Origin: Shigella phage Sfk20
DNA: 64,000 nucleotides
Sequence record: MW341595
Direction: 5' to 3' (one strand)
Below, piece by piece: positions 14,262 to 28,096 of the stretch (the stretch's first letter is position 1; each line of letters opens with the position of its first letter). The notes under the pieces are model-generated. The model was given only the letters and a program-made list of their open reading frames with translations. It had not been told where the DNA came from and ran no database searches. A program made the translations under genes and the position numbers.

Positions 14262-15197
14262 TTAATCATCAGCAGTATTGCCGATAGTTGTATAGTACCA
14301 CAGTCCTTGTTGTAGGTCCGTGTCATCAGCACTAGATGAACTGCCAGAGCTTGAGCTCATAAAATCATCTTCAGTTTTTGTATTGAAGTCGTCAACATTG
14401 AATGCATCCAAATCATCAGCAACTTTATCAGCTTTCTTAGCGGCAGTCGCTGCGGCACCACCCATAGCAGCAGTTCCCATAACTTGACTGAATTTAGTGC
14501 TCAGTTCTTCAAACGATTTGAATTTATCTTTAGAAGTCATTTCAGAAAGGTCAACCATTTGTTCGAACAGTTCTTTCTGGAAAGATTCATCATCAATGTT
14601 TGGAATCGCAGATTGATTCAGGAATTTAGATTCGTCGTAGTTACTAAAACCAGAAACTTGTTTAACTTTCAGTACAAAGTTAGCACCTTCCCACGGACAA
14701 GTTACATCAACCGGAGTTTCACCCATTTCAACATCAACTGCAATCATTGCATTGATTTTATCCCAGATTTTCTTACCGAAGCGGTATTTAAATACTTTAC
14801 CTTCATTTTCTGGAGCAGCCGGGTCTTTTACTACAAGAATGTTAGCCCAGTAAGAAGTTTTACGTTTAACAAGACCGTACTCTTTATTGTCAGTGTTATA
14901 CAAATCATTTTTACTGATGTACTGACATACTGGACAAGAATCGTAATCACCGTGGGTAGATGAACAGTTTTCAATATACCATTTACCATTTTTCTTGAAA
15001 CCGTGATTTACAAGAATTGCAAATGGTGCTTGTTCATCATTTTTAGACGGAAGAAAACGAATTACTGCTTGACCGTTACCCGCATTATCGAGTTTCAGTT
15101 TCCACTCGCCTTTATCTTCAGAAGAAAAACCACCTTTATTTCCAGCCAGTTTAGCCATTTGTGCAGCGAGTTCAGCAGTAGATTTACGTTTAAACAT
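14262..15197 (-). CDS. 32: single-stranded DNA-binding protein gp32 with non-canonical C-terminal tail
   Basis: 311 aa; N-terminus and core match T4 gp32; last residues read ...[22 protein letters not shown]. Confidence 0.95.
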   Translation of the reverse strand: MFKRKSTAELAAQMAKLAGNKGGFSSEDKGEWKLKLDNAGNGQAVIRFLPSKNDEQAPFAILVNHGFKKNGKWYIENCSSTHGDYDSCPVCQYISKNDLYNTDNKEYGLVKRKTSYWANILVVKDPAAPENEGKVFKYRFGKKIWDKINAMIAVDVEMGETPVDVTCPWEGANFVLKVKQVSGFSNYDESKFLNQSAIPNIDDESFQKELFEQMVDLSEMTSKDKFKSFEELSTKFSQVMGTAAMGGAAATAAKKADKVADDLDAFNVDDFNTKTEDDFMSSSSGSSSSADDTDLQQGLWYYTTIGNTADD

Positions 15198-15229
15198 TTT
15201 TATTTCCTTTTTAATTTAATTAACAGTTG

Positions 15230-15266
15230 GTGCTATGACGATGTATGACCTCATAGCTGGTCAGTG
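15230..15266 (-). promoter_or_regulatory. gene 32 translational operator (leader pseudoknot)
   Basis: minus-sense UGACC-AGCUAUGA-GGUCA-UACAUCG-UCAUAGC pseudoknot followed by A/U-rich leader before the gene 32 ATG. Confidence 0.55.
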
Positions 15267-15280
15267 AGATAATTATAATC

Positions 15281-15288
15281 TATTTATA
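15281..15288 (-). promoter_or_regulatory. T4 late promoter TATAAATA upstream of gene 32
   Basis: exact TATAAATA on minus strand about 85 nt upstream of gene 32 start. Confidence 0.5.
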
Positions 15289-15296
15289 ATAAGCAA

Positions 15297-15950
15297 TTAA
15301 TACTTGCAAGATTTCACAGTTTCAATGAAAACACTTTTAGCTTTCTGTGAATCAATATTTAAAATTTTTCTATAAGCCTTTAACTTTATAGAATAATTAT
15401 TCCAGACTAAATTATCAGTCTGTTCATCATGTTTATCGATTATATTTAAAAACGAATCAAGCAAGATAAACGTCTCAAACGAAATTATATTCGATTGAAG
15501 TAGTTTAAAAATATAACTTGATTGGACTTTTGGATTATACTCAAAGATTTCTTTAAAAGCAGAAACTTCAACTTTTTTACTAAAATAATAAATGTTGCGA
15601 ATATCTTCTTCAAACTTAAATTTAATTTGCTTTAAGCGTCCGATATATTCACGATAAAACACAAGTGCATCAGCGTCAGAGATATCACCAATCCAAGCAT
15701 CTTGGTTAGCAACCAGATTGCTTATAAAGATTAAAGCAAGTTCCTTTAATTTATATTTTTCTGATAACTTCTGGAAAAAATACTTATCCCTTCGCTTTTG
15801 ATAAGCGGCATCAGACACCCGCATGCACCAATTATACTTAATTACATCATACTTTCCGTTCATATGTTGTTTTATCATTAAGTATAATTTATAAACTGAT
15901 TTACCATCAATATATCTTTCACCACCAGCAGGCATGCGGAGTTTAATCAT
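15297..15950 (-). CDS. 59: helicase loader gp59
   Basis: 217 aa; matches T4 gp59. Confidence 0.95.
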   Translation of the reverse strand: MIKLRMPAGGERYIDGKSVYKLYLMIKQHMNGKYDVIKYNWCMRVSDAAYQKRRDKYFFQKLSEKYKLKELALIFISNLVANQDAWIGDISDADALVFYREYIGRLKQIKFKFEEDIRNIYYFSKKVEVSAFKEIFEYNPKVQSSYIFKLLQSNIISFETFILLDSFLNIIDKHDEQTDNLVWNNYSIKLKAYRKILNIDSQKAKSVFIETVKSCKY

Positions 15951-16285
15951 AGTAGAAAATCTAATGTATTAGTTTTTTCACAACGAACAACAGAAGGACG
16001 TAAAAGATTTTCGTCGATAGCTTCTGACTGAATTTTTTCAATTATACCCGAAGGAATAAATTTAGCAAATTGAGTTTCAGGAATAGAATTTTCTTCCAAG
16101 AATGCTGTTGTAGCTTCAAGATAACTCATTCCAAACTCTTCTACCATTTTTTCAATAATAAATCCATTTTCTTGGCGGTCAAGAAGCTTTGCAATTTCAT
16201 CCTTTTCTTTCTTAATTGAAAGTTCTTTTTCTGAAAGACCGGTCTCATCGACCGGACGAATATCATTTAGAGAAAACTGTGTCAT
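15947..16285 (-). CDS. 33: late transcription co-activator gp33
   Basis: 112 aa from internal ATG (MTQFSLNDIRPVDETGL...); matches T4 gp33. Confidence 0.9.
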   Translation of the reverse strand: MTQFSLNDIRPVDETGLSEKELSIKKEKDEIAKLLDRQENGFIIEKMVEEFGMSYLEATTAFLEENSIPETQFAKFIPSGIIEKIQSEAIDENLLRPSVVRCEKTNTLDFLL

Positions 16286-16532
16286 AAAGTTCAACTACCT
16301 CTTCAGTTTCAGCTTCAAACACATCACGGTTATCTTTATGATACAAAGCTAACAGACGATTAAACATCTTACCATCAACGCCAAGTTCATCTTTAGCACG
16401 AATTCGAATATCTTTAATCAATTCATTATAACCAGAAATTTTCAGTTTATGATCAGATGCTTCTTTAATAAATTTAGCCAAGTCTTCGCCATGGATAGCT
16501 TCATCAAATTCAACCATTTCTTTTTTAGCCAT
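16263..16532 (-). CDS. dsbA: dsDNA-binding late transcription enhancer DsbA
   Basis: 89 aa; matches T4 DsbA; overlaps 33 start. Confidence 0.85.
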   Translation of the reverse strand: MAKKEMVEFDEAIHGEDLAKFIKEASDHKLKISGYNELIKDIRIRAKDELGVDGKMFNRLLALYHKDNRDVFEAETEEVVELYDTVFSK

Positions 16533-16540
16533 TATTCACC

Positions 16541-17458
16541 TCAAAATTCATTAATGCTATTAGTTAATTTAGAAAGACCCGCTTTTACAAAATATGAATA
16601 AATTTTGCCACGCGGTGGTAATTTATATGAATTATAATAATTCACAATGTTTGAAGCAATATTATCAGGAATATAATCAAAATCAATTAGAACTAAATTT
16701 TCTTTATAACGATTATATTCAGATTCTGTGAGAAGCACCTTAGCTTGATCACGGTCATTAGCAATAGCTTCGACAATAGATGTTTTCATTGAAGGAGTTC
16801 GTTCACCTTCAACTCTGGTAAACCAAAAGTCAGATCGTACTTTAACTGAAGCAACGTTATCCTTTTTGTCACCTTTAAGGATTTTAGTCATACAGTCAAT
16901 TTCAGCAGAACCGCTTTTAATTTTAACCCATTTCTTGTGCATCGGTGACCATTGCTTAACATTTGGGTATTTATGAAGTTGAGTAAAGTCACCATCCGAT
17001 GAAATGATTAAAATCTTATGTCCTTCTAAAGAGAACTTTTTAACAAGAACAGCAATATGGTCATCTGCTTCATACTTATCAATATCCATAACGATGTATG
17101 GCATATAAGCTTTCAGTTCATCTATAACTTTATGACTGGATTCAAAATAACCTTCCCAGTCCCAAGTAGATTCTTCTCGTGCTTTTCCACGGTTTTTCTT
17201 ATAATAATAAGCAAAATCACGACGCCAGTATCCAGATTTCGCGTTATCAATACACAATACAATTTTAGTGTATCCAAGAGTTTTTGCTTTTTTAACATTG
17301 AACTTAATTGAGTTCAATATCAAATGACGAACCATTGATAAATTAATTTTTTCTTTATCTGGGAAGTTTACCAGAGCAGTTGAAAGCGCAATCTGACTAA
17401 AGTCAATTAAGCAAATTCCTTCTTTGTAATCTTCATCCAGCATCATTTCTAAATCCAT
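16541..17458 (-). CDS. rnh: RNase H (5'-3' exonuclease/FEN)
   Basis: 305 aa from internal ATG (MDLEMMLDEDYKEG...); matches T4 RNase H. Confidence 0.95.
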   Translation of the reverse strand: MDLEMMLDEDYKEGICLIDFSQIALSTALVNFPDKEKINLSMVRHLILNSIKFNVKKAKTLGYTKIVLCIDNAKSGYWRRDFAYYYKKNRGKAREESTWDWEGYFESSHKVIDELKAYMPYIVMDIDKYEADDHIAVLVKKFSLEGHKILIISSDGDFTQLHKYPNVKQWSPMHKKWVKIKSGSAEIDCMTKILKGDKKDNVASVKVRSDFWFTRVEGERTPSMKTSIVEAIANDRDQAKVLLTESEYNRYKENLVLIDFDYIPDNIASNIVNYYNSYKLPPRGKIYSYFVKAGLSKLTNSINEF

Positions 17459-17486
17459 ATGAACCTCGTTCAATTAGTGAGATTTC

Positions 17487-17517
17487 TATTATATACTATC
17501 CAAATCTTAAAGTAAAC
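17487..17517 (-). promoter_or_regulatory. early promoter for rnh
   Basis: minus-sense GTTTAC-16nt-TATATAAT upstream of rnh. Confidence 0.5.
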
Positions 17518-17520
17518 AAG

Positions 17521-17528
17521 TATAAATA
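17521..17528 (+). promoter_or_regulatory. late promoter TATAAATA for gene 34
   Basis: exact TATAAATA about 35 nt upstream of gene 34 ATG, RBS TAGGAG. Confidence 0.7.
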
Positions 17529-17562
17529 CTTATTATTGAAAACACAATAGGAGCCCGGGAGA

Positions 17563-20500
17563 ATGGCCGAGATTAAAAGAAAGTTCAGAGCAGAAGATGG
17601 TCTGGACGCAGGTGGCGATAAAATAATCAACGTAGCTTTAGCTGATCGTGCCGTAGGAACTGACGGTGTTAACGTTGATTACCTAATTCAAGAAAACACA
17701 GTTCAACAATATGATCCAACTCGTGGATATTTAAAAGATTTTGTAATCATTTATGATAACCGCTTTTGGGCTGCTATAAATGATATTCCAAAACCGGCAG
17801 GAGCTTTTAATAGCGTGCGCTGGAGAGCATTACGTACTGATGCAAACTGGACAACTGTTTCGTCAGGACCTTATCAATTAAAGTCAGGTGAATCAATTTC
17901 AGTTAATACTGCAGCAGGAAATGATATCACATTTACTTTGCCAACTTCTCCAATTGATGGAGATACTATCGTTCTTCAAGATATTGGTGGAAAACCCGGA
18001 GTTAACCAAGTTTTAATTGTAGCTCCAGTGCAAAGTATTGTAAACTTTAGAGGCGAACAAGTACGATCAGTACTAATGACCCATCCAAAATCACAGATAG
18101 TTTTAATTTTTAGTAATCGTCTGTGGCAAATGTATGTGGCTGATTATAGTAGAGAAGCGGTAGTTGTGACGCCAGCAAGTCTCTACCAGGCGCAGTCAAA
18201 CGATTTTATCGTACGCAGATTTACTTCTGCTGCACCGATAAATATTAAACTTCCGAGATTTGCTAATCATGGCGATATTATTAATTTCGTTGATTTAGAT
18301 AAATTAAATCCTCTTTATCATACAATTGTTACTACATATGATGAAACTACATCAGTACAAGAAGATGGAACTCATTCCATTGAAGGACGTACATCGATTG
18401 ACGGTTTCTTGATGTATGATGATAATGAGAAATTATGGAGATTATTTGACGGGGATAGTAAAGCACGTTTACGCGTTATAACAACTAATTCTAATATTCG
18501 TCCAAACGAAGAAGTTATGGTATTTGGTGCGAATAATGGAACAACTCAAACAATTGAACTTCAGCTTCCGACCGATATTTCCATTGGCGATACTGTTAAA
18601 ATTTCCATGAATTACATGAGAAAAGGCCAAACAGTTAAAATCAAAGCTGCCGGTGAAGATAAAATTGCTTCTTCAGTTCAATTGCTGCAATTCCCAAAAC
18701 GTTCAGAATATCCACCTGAAGCTGAATGGGTGACTGTTCAAGAATTAGTTTTTAACGGTGAAACTAATTATGTTCCAGTTTTACAACTTGCTTATATCGA
18801 AGATTCTGACGGAAAATACTGGGTTGTACAGCAAAACGTTCCAACTGTAGAAAGAGTTGATTCTTTAAATGATTCTACTAGAGCAAGATTAGGCGTGATT
18901 GCTTTAGCTACACAAGCTCAAGCTAACGTCGATTTAGAAAATTCTCCACAAAAAGAATTAGCAATTACTCCAGAAACATTAGCTAACCGTACTGCTACAG
19001 AAACTCGTAGAGGTATCGCAAGAATAGCAACTACCGCCCAAGTGAATCAGGATACTACATTCTCTTTTGCTGACGATATTATCGTCACTCCTAAAAAGCT
19101 GAATGAAAGAACTGCTACAGAAACTCGTAGAGGTGTTGCTGAAATTGCTACGCAACAAGAAACTAATACAGGTACTGATGATACTACGATCATCACTCCT
19201 AAAAAGCTTCAAGCTCGTCAGGGTTCTGAATCATTATCTGGTATTGTAACCTTTGTATCTACCGCAGGAGCTACTCCAGCCTCTAGTCGTGAATTAAATG
19301 GTACAAATGTTTACAATAAAAACACTAATAATTTAGTTGTTTCGCCTAAAGCTCTGGATCAGTATAAAGCTACTCCAACACAACAAGGCGCAGTAATTTT
19401 AGCAGTTGAAAGTGAAGTAATTGCTGGACAAAGCCAAGAAGGATGGGCAAATGCGGTTGTAACTCCAGAAACGTTACATAAAAAGACATCAACTGATGGA
19501 AGAATTGGTTTAATTGAAATTGCTACGCAAAGTGAAGTTAATACAGGAACTGATTATACTCGCGCAGTCACTCCTAAAACTTTAAATGACCGTAAAGCAA
19601 CTGAAAGTTTAAGTGGTATAGCTGAAATTGCTACGCAAGTTGAATTCGACGCAGGCGTCGACGATACTCGTATCTCTACACCATTAAAAATTAAAACCAG
19701 ATTTAATAGTACTGATCGTACTTCTGTTGTTGCTCTATCTGGATTAGTTGAATCAGGAACTCTCTGGGACCATTATACCCTTAATATTCTTGAAGCAAAT
19801 GAGACACAGCGTGGTACACTTCGTGTGGCTACACAAGTTGAAGCTGCTGCAGGAACATTAGATAATGTTCTAATAACTCCTAAAAAGCTTTTAGGTACTA
19901 AATCTACTGAAGCGCAAGAAGGCGTTATTAAAGTTGCAACTCAATCTGAAACTGTAGCTGGAACGTCAGCAAATACTGCTGTATCTCCAAAAAATTTAAA
20001 ATGGATTGTGCAGAGCGAACCTACTTGGGCAGCAACTACTTTGGTAAGAGGTTTTGTTAAAACTTCATCTGGTTCAATTACATTCGTTGGTAATGATACA
20101 GTTGGTTCAACGCAGTCATTAGACTTGTACGAGAAAAATAGCTATGCAGTATCGCCATATGAATTAAACCGTGTATTAGCAAATTATTTGCCTTTAAAGG
20201 CAAAAGCTGCTGACACGAATTTATTGGATGGTCTAGATTCATCCCAGTTCATTCGTAGGGATATTGCGCAGACGGTTAATGGTTCACTAACCTTAACTCA
20301 ACAAACGAATCTGAGTGCCCCTCTTGTATCATCTAGTACTGCTACGTTTGGTGGATCAGTTTCGGCAAATAGTACACTAACTATTTCTAATACTGATGGA
20401 ACAGCAACTCGTCTGATTTTTGAGAAAGGACCTCAAACTGGAACGAACCCGGCTCAAACGATGACAGTCAGCGTGTGGGGGAATCAATTTAGTGGGGAAT

Positions 20501-21435
20501 CAAACACAACACGTTCTACCGTATTTGAAGTTAGTGATGAAACATCTTATCACTTTTATTCTCAACGCGATAAAGATGGTAATATAGCATTTAGCATTAA
20601 TGGTACTGTAATGCCAATAAATGTGAATGCTTTAGGAACATTGAATGCAAATGGTGTAGCAACATTTGGTAATTCAGTCACTGCAAGTGGTGAAATTATT
20701 TCTCGAAGCGCAAATGCTTTCCGTGCTATTAACGGAAATTATGGTTTTATTGTTCGCAATGACGGGTCAGTAACGAATTTTATGCTTACTGCATCGGGCG
20801 ATCAGACTGGTGGATTTAATGGATTACGTCCATTAACTATTAATAATGCATCTGGTCAAGTAACGATTGGTGAAAGCTTAATCATTGCCAAAGGTGCTAC
20901 TATAAATTCAGGCGGTTTAACTGTTAACTCGAGAATTCGTTCTCAAGGTGTTAAAACATCTGACTTATATACCCGTGCGCCAACATCTGATACTGTAGGA
21001 TTCTGGTCAATCGATATTAATGATTCAGCCACTTATAACCAGTTCCCGGGTTATTTTGAAATGGTTGAAAAAACTAATGAAGTGACTGGGCTTCCATACT
21101 TAGAACGTGGCGAAGAGGTTAAATCTCCTGGTACATTGACTCAGTTTGGTAACACACTCGATTCGCTTTACCAAGATTGGATTACTTATCCAACGACTCC
21201 AGAAGCACGTACCACTCGCTGGACGCGTACATGGCAGAAAACCAAAAACTCTTGGTCAAGTTTTGTTCAGGTATTTGATGGAGGTAACCCTCCTCAGCCA
21301 TCTGATATCGGTGCTTTACCATCTGATAATGCTATAATGGGGAATCTTACTATTCGTGATTTCTTACGAATTGGTAATGTTCGCATTATTCCTGACCCAG
21401 TGAATAAAACGGTTAAATTTGAATGGGTTGAATAA
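17563..21435 (+). CDS. 34: long tail fibre proximal subunit gp34
   Basis: 1290 aa; matches T4 gp34; internal repeated ITPKKL...IATQ motifs. Confidence 0.95.
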   Translation: MAEIKRKFRAEDGLDAGGDKIINVALADRAVGTDGVNVDYLIQENTVQQYDPTRGYLKDFVIIYDNRFWAAINDIPKPAGAFNSVRWRALRTDANWTTVSSGPYQLKSGESISVNTAAGNDITFTLPTSPIDGDTIVLQDIGGKPGVNQVLIVAPVQSIVNFRGEQVRSVLMTHPKSQIVLIFSNRLWQMYVADYSREAVVVTPASLYQAQSNDFIVRRFTSAAPINIKLPRFANHGDIINFVDLDKLNPLYHTIVTTYDETTSVQEDGTHSIEGRTSIDGFLMYDDNEKLWRLFDGDSKARLRVITTNSNIRPNEEVMVFGANNGTTQTIELQLPTDISIGDTVKISMNYMRKGQTVKIKAAGEDKIASSVQLLQFPKRSEYPPEAEWVTVQELVFNGETNYVPVLQLAYIEDSDGKYWVVQQNVPTVERVDSLNDSTRARLGVIALATQAQANVDLENSPQKELAITPETLANRTATETRRGIARIATTAQVNQDTTFSFADDIIVTPKKLNERTATETRRGVAEIATQQETNTGTDDTTIITPKKLQARQGSESLSGIVTFVSTAGATPASSRELNGTNVYNKNTNNLVVSPKALDQYKATPTQQGAVILAVESEVIAGQSQEGWANAVVTPETLHKKTSTDGRIGLIEIATQSEVNTGTDYTRAVTPKTLNDRKATESLSGIAEIATQVEFDAGVDDTRISTPLKIKTRFNSTDRTSVVALSGLVESGTLWDHYTLNILEANETQRGTLRVATQVEAAAGTLDNVLITPKKLLGTKSTEAQEGVIKVATQSETVAGTSANTAVSPKNLKWIVQSEPTWAATTLVRGFVKTSSGSITFVGNDTVGSTQSLDLYEKNSYAVSPYELNRVLANYLPLKAKAADTNLLDGLDSSQFIRRDIAQTVNGSLTLTQQTNLSAPLVSSSTATFGGSVSANSTLTISNTDGTATRLIFEKGPQTGTNPAQTMTVSVWGNQFSGESNTTRSTVFEVSDETSYHFYSQRDKDGNIAFSINGTVMPINVNALGTLNANGVATFGNSVTASGEIISRSANAFRAINGNYGFIVRNDGSVTNFMLTASGDQTGGFNGLRPLTINNASGQVTIGESLIIAKGATINSGGLTVNSRIRSQGVKTSDLYTRAPTSDTVGFWSIDINDSATYNQFPGYFEMVEKTNEVTGLPYLERGEEVKSPGTLTQFGNTLDSLYQDWITYPTTPEARTTRWTRTWQKTKNSWSSFVQVFDGGNPPQPSDIGALPSDNAIMGNLTIRDFLRIGNVRIIPDPVNKTVKFEWVE
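18960..19700 (+). repeat. tandem imperfect repeats inside gene 34 (about 130-nt period)
   Basis: recurrent ACTGCTACAGAAACTCGTAGAGGT and GAAATTGCTACGCAA blocks. Confidence 0.6.
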
Positions 21436-21443
21436 GAGGTATT

Positions 21444-22559
21444 ATGGAAAAATTTATGGCAGAGTTTGGACAAGGATATGTCCAAACGCCATTTTTATCG
21501 GAAAGCAATTCAGTAAGATATAAAATAAGTATAGCGGGTTCTTGCCCGCTTTCTACAGCAGGTCCATATGTTAAATTTCAGGATAATCTTGTTGGAAGCC
21601 AAACATTTAGCGCGGGTCTTCATTTAAGAGTTTTTGACCCTTCCACCGGAGCATTAGTTGACAGTAAGTCATATGCTTTTTCGACTTCAAATGATACTGC
21701 ATCAGCTGCTTTTGTTAGTTTCATGAATTCTTTTTCAAACAACAGACTTGTTGCTATATTAACTAGCGGAAAGGTTAATTTTCCTCCTGAAGTAGTATCT
21801 TGGCTAAGAACCGCAGGAACGTCTGCTTTTCCATCTGATTCTATATTGTCAAGATTTGACGTATCATATGCTGCTTTTTATACTTCTTCTAAAAGAGCTA
21901 TTGCATTAGAGCATGTTAAACTGAGCAACAGAAAAAGCACAGATGACTATCAAACTATCTTAGATGTTGTATTTGACAGTTTAGAAGACGTTGGAGCTAC
22001 AGGATTTCCTAAAAGAACATATGAAAGCGTGGAGCAATTTATGTCAGCAGTCGGTGGAACTAATAACGAAATTGCACGTTTACCAACTTCATCTGCGATA
22101 AGTAAACTCTCTGACTATAATTTAATTCCTGGCGATGTTCTTTATCTTAAAGCGCAGTTATATGCTGATGCAGATTTACTTGCGCTTGGAACTACAAATA
22201 TATCTATCCGTTTTTATGATGAATCGAATGGATATATTTCTTCAACACACGCTGAGTTTACTGGACAAGCTGAGTCATGGGAATTAAAGGAAGATTATGT
22301 AGTTATTCCAGAAAATGCAGTAGGATTTACGATATATGCACAAAGAACTGCACAAGCAGGTCAAGGCGGCATGAGAAATTTAAGCTTTTCTGAAGTATCA
22401 AGAAATGGTGGAATTTCAAAACCTGCTGAATTTGGCGTCAATGGTATTCGAGTTAATTATGTCTGTGAATCTGCTTCACCTCCGGATATAATGGTACTTC
22501 CTACGCAAGCATCGTCTAAAACTGGTAAAGTGTTTGGACAAGAATTTAGAGAAGTTTAA
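21444..22559 (+). CDS. 35: long tail fibre hinge connector gp35
   Basis: 371 aa; position and sequence as T4 gp35. Confidence 0.9.
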   Translation: MEKFMAEFGQGYVQTPFLSESNSVRYKISIAGSCPLSTAGPYVKFQDNLVGSQTFSAGLHLRVFDPSTGALVDSKSYAFSTSNDTASAAFVSFMNSFSNNRLVAILTSGKVNFPPEVVSWLRTAGTSAFPSDSILSRFDVSYAAFYTSSKRAIALEHVKLSNRKSTDDYQTILDVVFDSLEDVGATGFPKRTYESVEQFMSAVGGTNNEIARLPTSSAISKLSDYNLIPGDVLYLKAQLYADADLLALGTTNISIRFYDESNGYISSTHAEFTGQAESWELKEDYVVIPENAVGFTIYAQRTAQAGQGGMRNLSFSEVSRNGGISKPAEFGVNGIRVNYVCESASPPDIMVLPTQASSKTGKVFGQEFREV

Positions 22560-22564
22560 ATTGA

Positions 22565-22590
22565 GGGAGCCTTCGGGTTCCCTTTTTCTT
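22565..22590 (+). terminator. rho-independent terminator after gene 35
   Basis: GGGAGCC-TTCG-GGTTCCC hairpin followed by TTTTTCTT. Confidence 0.7.
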
Positions 22591-22598
22591 TATAAATA
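22591..22598 (+). promoter_or_regulatory. late promoter TATAAATA for genes 36-37-38
   Basis: exact TATAAATA 24 nt upstream of gene 36 ATG. Confidence 0.7.
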
Positions 22599-22621
22599 CT
22601 ATTAAAATAAAGGGGCATACA

Positions 22622-23278
22622 ATGGCTGATTTAAAAGTAGGTTCAACAACTGGAGGCTCTGTCATTTGGCATCAAGGAAATTTTCCATTGAATCCAGCCG
22701 GTGACGATGTACTCTATAAATCATTTAAAATATATTCAGAATATAATAAACCACAAGCTGCTGATAACGATTTCGTTTCTAAAGCTAATGGCGGTACGTA
22801 TTTAAATAAAGTAATTTTTAATAAAGGAATGACTGTTCCTGGCGCAGGGTCAGGTGACAACGGTATTTTTGCTGGTCCTGGTGATAATGCCACATATGAT
22901 ACTACAAATATGGATATTGTTTCATGGTATGGTATTGGTTTTAAATCATCACAAGGAACAGCAGGTAGAACTGTAGTAATTAACACACGAAATGGAGATA
23001 TTAGCTCAAAGGGCGTAATTGAAGCATCGCAAATACGCGCAACTTCATTATCTCCAGTAAATAATTATGACCTCACGCGGAAAGATTATGTCGATGGAGC
23101 AATAAATATTGTTACAGCAAACGCAAACTCTAGAGTATTACGCTCTGGAGATACTATGACAGGTAACTTAACCGCGCCAAACCTTTTTTCACAGAATCCT
23201 GCATCTCAACCTTCGCATGTTCCACGATTTGATCAAATTGTTATTAAGGATTCTGTTCAAGATTTCGGCTATTATTAA
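22622..23278 (+). CDS. 36: long tail fibre distal connector gp36
   Basis: 218 aa; position and sequence as T4 gp36. Confidence 0.9.
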   Translation: MADLKVGSTTGGSVIWHQGNFPLNPAGDDVLYKSFKIYSEYNKPQAADNDFVSKANGGTYLNKVIFNKGMTVPGAGSGDNGIFAGPGDNATYDTTNMDIVSWYGIGFKSSQGTAGRTVVINTRNGDISSKGVIEASQIRATSLSPVNNYDLTRKDYVDGAINIVTANANSRVLRSGDTMTGNLTAPNLFSQNPASQPSHVPRFDQIVIKDSVQDFGYY

Positions 23279-23286
23279 GAGGACTT

Positions 23287-27409
<4,123 letters not shown>

Positions 27410-27439
27410 TTTGAATAAATATCCTTAAAAGGAGGGTCT

Positions 27440-28096
27440 ATGGCAGCACCTAGAATATCATTTTCGCCCTCTGATATTCTGTTGGGTGTTCTAGATCGCT
27501 TGTTCAAAGATAACGCTACCGGGAAAGTTCTTGCTTCCCGGGTAGCTGTCGTAATTCTTTTGTTTATAATGGCGATTGTTTGGTATAGGGGAGATAGTTT
27601 CTTTGAGTACTATAAGCAATCAAAGTATGAAACATACAGTGAAATTATTGAAAAGGAAAGAAATGCACGCTTTGAATCTGTCGCCCTGGAACAACTCCAG
27701 ATAGTTCATATATCATCTGAGGCAGACTTTAGTGCGGTGTATTCTTTCCGCCCTAAAAACTTAAACTATTTTGTTGATATTATAGCATATGAAGGAAAAT
27801 TACCTTCAACGATAAGTGAAAAATCACTTGGAGGATATCCTGTTGATAAAACTATGGATGAATATGCAGTTCATTTAAATGGACGTCATTATTATTCCAA
27901 CTCAAAATTTGCTTTTTTACCGACTAAAAAGCCTACTCCCGAAATAAATTACATGTACAGTTGTCCATATTTCAATTTGGATAATATCTATGCTGGAACA
28001 ATAACCATGTACTGGTATAGAAATGATCATATAAGTAATGACCGCCTTGAATCAATATGTGCTCAGGCGGCCAGAATATTAGGAAGGGCTAAATAA
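27440..28096 (+). CDS. t: holin T
   Basis: 218 aa; matches T4 holin; single N-terminal TM helix. Confidence 0.95.
   Translation: MAAPRISFSPSDILLGVLDRLFKDNATGKVLASRVAVVILLFIMAIVWYRGDSFFEYYKQSKYETYSEIIEKERNARFESVALEQLQIVHISSEADFSAVYSFRPKNLNYFVDIIAYEGKLPSTISEKSLGGYPVDKTMDEYAVHLNGRHYYSNSKFAFLPTKKPTPEINYMYSCPYFNLDNIYAGTITMYWYRNDHISNDRLESICAQAARILGRAK

Noticed and set aside
14484-15248. Plus-strand ORFs antisense to gene 32
   Set aside because: Phe/Arg-rich antisense artefacts inside a well-supported gene.
17400-17420. Possible MotA box inside the rnh 5' end as part of a replication origin
   Set aside because: Only a partial TTTGCTTAA match with no convincing -10 at the right spacing; too weak to call.
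18979-19212. Minus-strand 77-aa ORF inside gene 34
   Set aside because: Lies within the gene 34 repeat region on the opposite strand; Ser/Cys-rich artefact.
22714-22986. Minus-strand 90-aa ORF inside gene 36
   Set aside because: Antisense to a late structural gene; no promoter or RBS.
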